Below are positions 17,211 to 23,161 of a stretch of DNA of 23,161 nucleotides, one piece after another. Each line of letters opens with the position of its first letter. The first letter of the stretch is position 1. Source of the DNA: a virus (Duplodnaviria; Heunggongvirae; Uroviricota; Caudoviricetes). Position numbers and translations under genes: made by a program. The notes under the pieces were generated by a model. It ran no database searches and had not been told where the DNA came from. It was given only the letters and a program-made list of their open reading frames with translations. The DNA lies in IMG/VR virus record IMGVR_UViG_2695420643_000009. One strand, written 5' to 3'.

Positions 17211-17595
17211 TGTTGCCTCCGTGACTCTGCCTACATTCGCCCAGCTCCGTACACTCCAGCAGCAGAAAGCGCCGCGCCCCGTTCAGATCGCGCTGACGTT
17301 TCACCCGGTACACACTGTCACCGCAGACCACCTCATAATCAGCGGTGATCCCCCGGCGGTAACGAATGGTGATGTAATGGGTGATGGCGTCCCCGGTCTG
17401 CGCGGTTTCCTGCCAGGTGGTGGCACTGGTCTGGATAACCTTCGCCCATGTCCGGAACGTAACCGGGTATTGAGGCTCCACGCCAAAGTTATCCGCGGGC
17501 ATATCCACCCGCTGGCGGATCAGGACGCGTTTATTCAGTTCACCGGGGTCCGGCAGAATGTAGGTTGCGCTGGTCTGCGCCTGACGAATTTTCAT
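17185..17595 (-). CDS. Putative head closure / head-tail joining protein
   Basis: 136-aa ORF; position after the gp6-like connector gene. Confidence 0.45.
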   Translation of the reverse strand: MKIRQAQTSATYILPDPGELNKRVLIRQRVDMPADNFGVEPQYPVTFRTWAKVIQTSATTWQETAQTGDAITHYITIRYRRGITADYEVVCGDSVYRVKRQRDLNGARRFLLLECTELGECRQSHGGNNDDFLFAR

Positions 17596-17915
17596 TGCGG
17601 AAAGTACCTGTACGGGCCGACAAGCCAGCCAAAACTCTGCGGCATGTCGAGTTTCTCCACTTCCGTAACCGACGAGCGGTTTTCGTAAAAATGGCTGATA
17701 AGCATCAGCATCCCCAGACGAATATCATCCGGCAGGTGCAGCCCGTCCGGATCGCTGTCCGGAATGGTTTCATCCGGTGCATAGAGCTTCCGGTTCAGAT
17801 ACGTTTCCGTCCGCTTTTGTGCCGCACAGGCCAGCAGTTGCAGATGGCGGTCATCAGCATCGAAATCCTCATCCAGCCGGAGTTGGGCTTTAATCTCTTC
17901 CATTGTCAGAAGCAT
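17592..17915 (-). CDS. Head-tail connector protein (gp6-like)
   Basis: 107-aa acidic ORF MLLTMEEIKAQLRLDEDFDADD...; pattern typical of gp6-like connectors. Confidence 0.55.
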   Translation of the reverse strand: MLLTMEEIKAQLRLDEDFDADDRHLQLLACAAQKRTETYLNRKLYAPDETIPDSDPDGLHLPDDIRLGMLMLISHFYENRSSVTEVEKLDMPQSFGWLVGPYRYFPQ

Positions 17916-17917
17916 AC

Positions 17918-18118
17918 TCAGCCCTCTTTACTGGTCGTGGCTTTTTTCTCTTTTGTCGCTTTACTGCTTTTTGCACTGGTTCCGCGCTCTGCTAACCCGG
18001 CCTGAAGTGCAATCTCCTGCACCCGGGCAGGAAGCGCCCCGTCGTCATACTCACCGGCCCGAATGACCTCAACACGCATACCGTCCGGTGACCATTTCAG
18101 ATCTTGTTTCAGGATCAT
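17918..18118 (-). CDS. Small lysine/serine/threonine-rich hypothetical protein after the capsid gene
   Basis: 66-aa ORF; C-terminus TSAKSSKATKEKKATTSKEG; preceded by a GC hairpin. Confidence 0.4.
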   Translation of the reverse strand: MILKQDLKWSPDGMRVEVIRAGEYDDGALPARVQEIALQAGLAERGTSAKSSKATKEKKATTSKEG

Positions 18119-18138
18119 GATTCTTCACCCGTCAGAAC

Positions 18139-18160
18139 AGGGGCGCGGTTCCGCGCCCCT
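18139..18160 (-). promoter_or_regulatory. GC-rich stem-loop immediately after the major capsid gene (possible attenuator or mRNA-stability element)
   Basis: AGGGGCGCGG-TTC-CGCGCCCCT, a 9-10 bp GC stem; not followed by a U-run on the coding strand. Confidence 0.4.
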
Positions 18161-18166
18161 GAGTGA

Positions 18167-19372
18167 TTACGCCACTGCAATCTTCAGCAGTTTGATGGCC
18201 TGCGAATCGACCAGCATGCCGCCGGTGCGTTTGGTGGTATAAAAACCGACAAACGGTTTATTGGTGTACGGGTCACGCAGAATGCGGGTGCCGATACGGT
18301 CAACGATGGTGTAACCCCGTTTGAAGTTACCAAATGCAATGGCTTTCGCATCAGCGGCGATATCCGGCATCTGTTCGTTTTCAGCGATACCGTAACCCGC
18401 CAGAGAGGACGGCTGCCCCAGCTCCAGCCCCGGACGCCACAGATAGTTACCCTCGCTGTCTTTCAGCAGACGGATGGCAAACAGGCTGTTGTTGTTCATC
18501 ATGAACTTCGCGCCTGTGCGGTGTGCCTTACGCAGCGTGTAAATCAGTTTGATAATGGCGTCTGCGGTCACCGCCGTCGCGTCGCCGGATACAATATGCT
18601 GAAGTTTGCCGAACGCCCGGACCTTATCGGTTTCATCCGTGGATTCATACGCCAGGAACCCTTTCGGCTTCTTGGTACCATCGCCGGTGGTAAAGGCAAT
18701 TTCTTCCTGTTCGGCAAATTCGGTTGCCAGCTCGCTGTTGATCCATGCTTCCACGTTGAAAAAGGCATCATCCAGCATTTTCTGGGTGGCCTGCGGGTTA
18801 CCGTAGATTTCCCCCATGAAAGGTTCAATCAGGCCCAGTTTTGAGGTGGCAGTCTGGGAGCGCGCGTCAGTCTCGCCAACCCATCCGGAAGCCGTGCCGC
18901 CCAGATTCACCAGTTTTTTGTAGTCGGAACCACCAACGGTGATCACCGTGGCTTCCTGGCGCATCACCACTTCATCTTTCAGCAGGGTGAGAATGTTGCG
19001 ATCCAGTGCTTCCGGCACGGCATAGCCGCCGTCTTCATCGGTGCCCACCTGTAATGCCTTGCGCTCCAGATCGCGCAGACCATCTTCACGGCCTTTACGC
19101 AGGAAGCCCACAAACGCTTCTTTATGCTCGGTGGTCAGTTTATTTTGCGCACCACCTGCCGGACGTTTCAGCTCAAGCAGCTCTTTTTCAAGGTCGCTTT
19201 TGAGATTTTCCAGCTCGCTGAGTTTCCCGTTCAGGGTTTCCACCTGCCCGGCAAGCTTGCCTTTTTCCTGCTCAATCGCATCCACGCGCTTGTCGTTCTT
19301 TGCTTTGAAGTCGTCAAACTTCTGCTGCAGCTCCTGCGCGACCTGTTCGACATCTTTAATATCAACCGCCAT
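18167..19372 (-). CDS. Major capsid protein, HK97 family (with N-terminal coiled-coil delta/scaffold domain)
   Basis: 401-aa ORF; N-terminal 70 aa is heptad-rich (KLAGQVETLNGKLSELENLKSDLEKELLELK); follows a prohead protease gene. Confidence 0.9.
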   Translation of the reverse strand: MAVDIKDVEQVAQELQQKFDDFKAKNDKRVDAIEQEKGKLAGQVETLNGKLSELENLKSDLEKELLELKRPAGGAQNKLTTEHKEAFVGFLRKGREDGLRDLERKALQVGTDEDGGYAVPEALDRNILTLLKDEVVMRQEATVITVGGSDYKKLVNLGGTASGWVGETDARSQTATSKLGLIEPFMGEIYGNPQATQKMLDDAFFNVEAWINSELATEFAEQEEIAFTTGDGTKKPKGFLAYESTDETDKVRAFGKLQHIVSGDATAVTADAIIKLIYTLRKAHRTGAKFMMNNNSLFAIRLLKDSEGNYLWRPGLELGQPSSLAGYGIAENEQMPDIAADAKAIAFGNFKRGYTIVDRIGTRILRDPYTNKPFVGFYTTKRTGGMLVDSQAIKLLKIAVA

Positions 19373-19386
19373 CGTATTTCTCCTGA

Positions 19387-20037
19387 TTAGAAGTTCAGAT
19401 TTTTCAGTGCATTCAGTGCAGAGCCCACATCCTCAGCGTCGCGCAGGGACAGTGCGCCATAGCCCCCGGCCATGAATGCTTTGGCCTGGGTACGGGAGAG
19501 TCCGACATCACGCAGGACTCTTTCGATTTTTTTCTGTTCGGGGATTTCCCCGCGGGCCAGTGCGTTCTTGACGTCGCTGATCCGCGCCTCGTCGTTAGAC
19601 GGGAACGTCACCAGGCTGACTTCCCAGAGGTCGATTTCTTTCAGCAGAAAGGCTTCTTTGCTCCGGTCGTATTCCCAGTCTTTCAGGACGTACCCAATAG
19701 AAAGGCCGGTTAACGAACCGGCCTTCATGTGTGCATGTGCGCGTTTTGCGAGGGGATCATCATCAATAAGCAACCGTCCCCTGACGTAAAGCCCGACATC
19801 GTCTTCCTTCATTTCGGTGTAAACACCGATGGGTTCATCCATGCGGTGCTGCCAGAGCAGCGCAGGTAACGCTTTTCTGTCACTCCACGCCCGCAGGGAA
19901 GCAGCAAATGCCCCGGACATCACCACATCATCGTGGCTGTCCTTTACACCAAAGACGGAGCCATACCCTTCAAACTCACCGGAGTCACTGACAGATTTCA
20001 GACTCAGCGGTACATCAAGACGTTGTTTCGTCTGCAT
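19387..20037 (-). CDS. Prohead protease, HK97 family
   Basis: EGYGSVFGVKDSHDDVVMSGAF motif region. Start taken at the ATG at 20037 (AAGGA RBS upstream) rather than the track start at 20073; overlaps the portal 3' end by 23 nt. Confidence 0.8.
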   Translation of the reverse strand: MQTKQRLDVPLSLKSVSDSGEFEGYGSVFGVKDSHDDVVMSGAFAASLRAWSDRKALPALLWQHRMDEPIGVYTEMKEDDVGLYVRGRLLIDDDPLAKRAHAHMKAGSLTGLSIGYVLKDWEYDRSKEAFLLKEIDLWEVSLVTFPSNDEARISDVKNALARGEIPEQKKIERVLRDVGLSRTQAKAFMAGGYGALSLRDAEDVGSALNALKNLNF

Positions 20038-21256
20038 TGGCGTTATCCTTCTGCTTACCGGCTTTACTGCCATCGGAGGGTTTCGTGGTCATGTTCATCG
20101 GTGTGAGATAGACATCACCACCGGGACGCGGATTCATATCTTCCAGGTCGCGGCAGTCATTGGGAGAGTAAATTCCCCAGTTAATCCCGGTGGCGTAGGC
20201 TTCAAAACGGGACTTCATATCCCCGCGCAGTAACGCCCCGGCGTTAAATTTGGCGTAATAAACGCCCTGCTTACTTTTTCGTACCAGTCCGGTGTTGATC
20301 CGCTGTTCGATGCGGGTCAGATACGGCACCAGTGAATAGTTGATAAATCCGAGCCCCAGTTCTTCGATATTGTTGAAGGTGGCGCGATCGGTGTTCTGCA
20401 CCATGTGCAACGGTACCCGGAACAGACGACAGATTTCTTCAAGCTGAAACTTGCGGGTTTCCAGGAACTGGCTGTCCTCGGCGTTCAGCGCCATCGACTT
20501 CCAGTCCAGCCCCATCTCAAGGATCATCGGGCGGTGAGCATTGCCAAGCCCGGTGTGACGCTCCTCAAAATCTTTCTTCAGGCGCTCGTAAGCCTGATCT
20601 GACAGCGTCTGCTCTGTACGCAACACACCCGACGTCACCGCGCCATTGCTGAACAGTCTGGCCCCGTGCTCTTCGGTCGCTGCCGCCAGCGATATTGCCT
20701 CGCGGGCATAGGCGATGGGATTCAGCCCCACCAGTCCGTCCAGCGTCAGCGTGCGCACATGCCAGATATCCTCCTGGCTCAGTACATCCGTGGAGCCATC
20801 CGGGAATGTGACCTGATAGACCGGCTCCCAGCTACTGTTAAGCTTCGGTACCACACAGCCGGGATCGACGGGCAGCAGTTCAGCCACTTCGCCAAATGCT
20901 TTCACTTTGTAGGCATAAAAGTTTCCCCGCAGGCACAGACAGGTGACCACCAGCTCCCAGAACTCCTGCGGCGTCATATAGCCATTGGGATGCGTGGAGA
21001 TCAGCTTATGCAGACGTTCGCCAGTGGCTCTCTGCTTCAGGCTGCCGTTCAGGCGATACAGGTTGCAGGGCAACATCCCGACCGACTCCGCCAGCACCCT
21101 GACGCAGGAAAAAACCGCCGTCAGTCGCATGGCCCTCTGGCTGCTGATCTGCTTTCCGGTATAGGTGTCGTATGACAGCCCGATAGCATCCACCAGCTCT
21201 GCTGGCGTGGTCACCGGTGCGTCACTTTTTCGTTGAAATAATCCCGAAAAGAACAC
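20015..21256 (-). CDS. Portal protein, HK97 family
   Basis: 413-aa ORF starting with GTG that overlaps the stop of the upstream small gene by 1 nt; portal-family resemblance; position between terminase and protease. Confidence 0.85.
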   Translation of the reverse strand: MFFSGLFQRKSDAPVTTPAELVDAIGLSYDTYTGKQISSQRAMRLTAVFSCVRVLAESVGMLPCNLYRLNGSLKQRATGERLHKLISTHPNGYMTPQEFWELVVTCLCLRGNFYAYKVKAFGEVAELLPVDPGCVVPKLNSSWEPVYQVTFPDGSTDVLSQEDIWHVRTLTLDGLVGLNPIAYAREAISLAAATEEHGARLFSNGAVTSGVLRTEQTLSDQAYERLKKDFEERHTGLGNAHRPMILEMGLDWKSMALNAEDSQFLETRKFQLEEICRLFRVPLHMVQNTDRATFNNIEELGLGFINYSLVPYLTRIEQRINTGLVRKSKQGVYYAKFNAGALLRGDMKSRFEAYATGINWGIYSPNDCRDLEDMNPRPGGDVYLTPMNMTTKPSDGSKAGKQKDNANADETTS

Positions 21257-21438
21257 TATTTACCTCCACCAACAGACATCTGTGTACGGTCGAGATATCG
21301 CGCCACCAGCCACGACCAGAACAGGCACAACGCCCCGGCAACAACAAACCCCGCCGGGGGATAAATCAGCCAGGCACCATACGCCAGCAAAAGCACCCCC
21401 AGCACGCCCACCAGAGGCGCGAGAATCAGCATGATCAT
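21256..21438 (-). CDS. ymfR: Small two-helix membrane protein (YmfR-like)
   Basis: 60-aa [56 protein letters not shown]...; GAGG RBS; coupled to the portal gene. Symbol assigned from the matching length and position of e14 ymfR as I recall it. Confidence 0.55.
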   Translation of the reverse strand: MIMLILAPLVGVLGVLLLAYGAWLIYPPAGFVVAGALCLFWSWLVARYLDRTQMSVGGGK

Positions 21439-21449
21439 AATTACCTCAG

Positions 21450-23060
21450 TTAAAGCGAGCGGATCCCGTAGGACTCAATGTGGTCGGACAGCGCGTCTTC
21501 TTTCTCATACAGCATGGCTCTGCCAACCGCCATAATCAGCGCAACTGCACCATCGATTTTGTTTTCCGCCTGCTCTTTGACGGGCTTCACCACATCATCG
21601 TTACCCGGAATGGTTTTGCCGACCACGTTGCCGATACACCAGGTCATGATGGGATTGCCATCATGATGAAAGCGCCCCGATTCAATTGCCGCTTCCAGCT
21701 CTTTCATCGGGTCGGACATGTTGGTGTAGTTCTGAATGATGGTGATGGGATTCAGGTCTTCATCAGCAAGGTCATGTGACAGCCCGGTCGCCCCGAAGGG
21801 GTCGATGGGTGACTCGCTGACCGGGCTGATTTTGTTCGCCGCTTTGGCCTCTTCGAGGATGTAGCGATAATCCACCTCTGCACCATCGGTAACGGTCAGG
21901 ACGCCCATTTCCACCCATTTCTGAAAGCGTTCGGCTGTCCGGCGATCTTCATTTTTCTCGACGCTGTACACCGTGTCATACGGTACCCAGAAACGCGGGG
22001 CCACACTGTAGTAATGCGTTTTACCGTCAATCTCGCGGGTATAAAGTCGCGCCATGCTGTTCATATCCAGCTTACGCGCCAGGTCAAAGGCCAGAATGCA
22101 CGGCTGCCCCTCGAACTGCTCAAGAGTCAGTGATTTATCCTCGCAGCTCTGCCAGCTCACCAGGTTGAAATACGCCGAACGCGCCGACACCCAGATATTG
22201 AGGTGTTTTGTTTTAAAGACGTTTGCCAGACGGGCGTTATTTTTCGCACGCTGCTGCTGACTTAACAAAAATTCGCGATAAACCGACACGCCAATATTCG
22301 GGTTAGCTTTTTCCAGCACCTGCGGGTCGGTCCAGTCATCGCCTTCGTCAACGGTATAGATGATCCCGAACAGTTCATCGTTGGGTACCGACCCGTTGAG
22401 CATCTCGATAACTTCCCGTCGCTTGTCGTAGCACGGCCCCTCAATGTTGTACCCGGCGGTGGTGATGGCCCACATCAGTGGCTGACGTCGCGCGCCCATC
22501 CCGGTAAGCATCGTGGTATAAAGCGCATCGGTGGCGTGCTCGTGATATTCATCCACCACGGCACAGTGGGGTGATGAACCATCACCGGGGTTACCGATCA
22601 GCGGTTCAAACCGCGCGCCATCCTCCGGACGGTTCATGTTTGAGGCGTTAACCTCAATCCCGAACGCTTCCGTCAGCATGGGTGTGCGTTTACACATCAG
22701 TCGTGCCGGGCGAAAGACTTCCCACGCCTGTTTCTCTGTCGTGGCACCGGAATACACTTCCGCGCCAAACTCGTTATCACAGGCAAAACAATACAGGGCA
22801 ACACCGGCAGAGATTGCCGATTTGCCGTTCTTACGGGGGATTTCGGTATACACCTCCCGGAAGCGGCGCAGCCGGGCCCCTTTATTGACCCAGCCAAACG
22901 CACAGCAGACCACAAATAGCTGCCACGGCTCCAGCGTGATGGGCATCCTCTTGAATGCCCACTCACCCTTGGTGTGCGGCAACAGCTGAATAAATTTGGC
23001 GGCCCGTTCAGCCAGGTCCTTGTCGAAGCGGTAACGAAACGACTTACTTTTTTCCGCCAT
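21450..23060 (-). CDS. Terminase large subunit
   Basis: 536-aa ORF; Walker A-like motif EIPRKNGKS; ATPase and nuclease arrangement; first gene of the packaging-head operon. Confidence 0.9.
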   Translation of the reverse strand: MAEKSKSFRYRFDKDLAERAAKFIQLLPHTKGEWAFKRMPITLEPWQLFVVCCAFGWVNKGARLRRFREVYTEIPRKNGKSAISAGVALYCFACDNEFGAEVYSGATTEKQAWEVFRPARLMCKRTPMLTEAFGIEVNASNMNRPEDGARFEPLIGNPGDGSSPHCAVVDEYHEHATDALYTTMLTGMGARRQPLMWAITTAGYNIEGPCYDKRREVIEMLNGSVPNDELFGIIYTVDEGDDWTDPQVLEKANPNIGVSVYREFLLSQQQRAKNNARLANVFKTKHLNIWVSARSAYFNLVSWQSCEDKSLTLEQFEGQPCILAFDLARKLDMNSMARLYTREIDGKTHYYSVAPRFWVPYDTVYSVEKNEDRRTAERFQKWVEMGVLTVTDGAEVDYRYILEEAKAANKISPVSESPIDPFGATGLSHDLADEDLNPITIIQNYTNMSDPMKELEAAIESGRFHHDGNPIMTWCIGNVVGKTIPGNDDVVKPVKEQAENKIDGAVALIMAVGRAMLYEKEDALSDHIESYGIRSL

Positions 23061-23081
23061 CAGGTCATCAAGATGGCGCTG
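23061..23081 (-). pseudogene. Last 6 codons (SAILMT*) of a truncated upstream gene, most likely the small terminase subunit, cut by the IS
   Basis: In the -1 frame relative to the terminase, the 21 bp between the IS end and the terminase ATG read AGC GCC ATC TTG ATG ACC TGA, with the TGA overlapping the terminase ATG (TGATG coupling). Confidence 0.45.
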
Positions 23082-23161
23082 TGAACCGCCCCGGAAATCC
23101 TGGAGACTAAACTCCCTGAGAAAGAGGTAAACAGGATGACTAAAAATACTCGTTTTTCCCC
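23082..23161 (+). mobile_element. IS3-family insertion sequence (IS629/IS3411-like), left end only; orfA starts at 23136 and reads rightward out of the window
   Basis: TGAACCGCCCCGGAAATCCTGGAGACTAAACTCCCTGAGAAAGAGGTAAACAGG-ATG-ACTAAAAATACTCGTTTTTCCCC; about 97 percent identical to the reverse complement of 1..105 (two mismatches seen). Confidence 0.7.

Larger units (their letters stand above)
1814..23081 (-). mobile_element. e14-like prophage, partial: mcrA, pin, invertible tail-fibre segment, Mu-like tail and baseplate, HK97-like head, large terminase; truncated upstream of the terminase by an IS
   Basis: Boundary at the end of the icdC homology (1813/1814); contiguous phage morphogenesis genes on one strand with ATGA-type overlaps; ends at the IS terminus at 23082. 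Small terminase, lysis, replication, immunity and integrase genes are absent from the window. Confidence 0.85.

Noticed and set aside
7481-22989. Many plus-strand ORFs of 60-200 aa overlapping the minus-strand structural genes (for example 8460..8918, 14761..15177, 16171..16761, 16851..17348, 17221..17688, 19041..19475, 20666..21175, 21480..21779).
   Set aside because: All are antisense to long, tightly packed, family-recognisable phage genes in GC-rich DNA where stop codons are rare; none has a convincing RBS or family resemblance, and several are Arg/Ser/Pro-rich as expected for antisense GC-rich frames.
1-23161. The terminal inverted repeats of the window as a hairpin-capable palindrome or a single giant transposon terminus.
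   Set aside because: Each repeat carries a ribosome-binding site and the start of a transposase ORF running out of the window; they are ends of two separate IS3-family elements.

Overview
Working only from the sequence and from memory of known protein families (no database search was run), this window reads as E. coli chromosome next to icd, joined to a large e14-like prophage segment, with the inward-facing ends of two IS3-family insertion sequences at the window edges (1..105 and 23082..23161, inverted relative to each other). Left to right: ycgX (+), iraM (+), the icdC 3' remnant of isocitrate dehydrogenase (-) marking the phage/chromosome junction near 1813, then prophage genes all on the minus strand: mcrA, the pin invertase, a Pin-invertible tail-fibre region (about 3596..6547), a Mu-like contractile tail and baseplate module (ymfQ-like, baseplate J, gp46-like, spike, hub, DNA-circulation protein, tape measure, frameshifted chaperone, tube, sheath), an HK97-like head module (connector proteins, major capsid, prohead protease, portal), a 60-aa membrane protein and the large terminase. 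The late operon is cut 21 bp upstream of the terminase start by the right-hand IS, so the prophage is probably defective. The most unusual feature is the tail-fibre switch: it carries three pix-like sites and a perfect 943-bp inverted duplication of the stfE/tfaE cassette, with breakpoints that fall on the crossover dinucleotides of the pix sites, which looks like the footprint of an illegitimate Pin recombination event. Also notable are a textbook -1 frameshift site (T-TTT-TTC) in the tail assembly chaperone pair and a roughly 48-bp terminator-like hairpin present twice around iraM. No tRNA, rRNA or CRISPR array was seen. All minus-strand genes are well supported by tight gene packing with ATGA-type start/stop overlaps; the many plus-strand ORFs over 7.4-23 kb are judged to be antisense artefacts.
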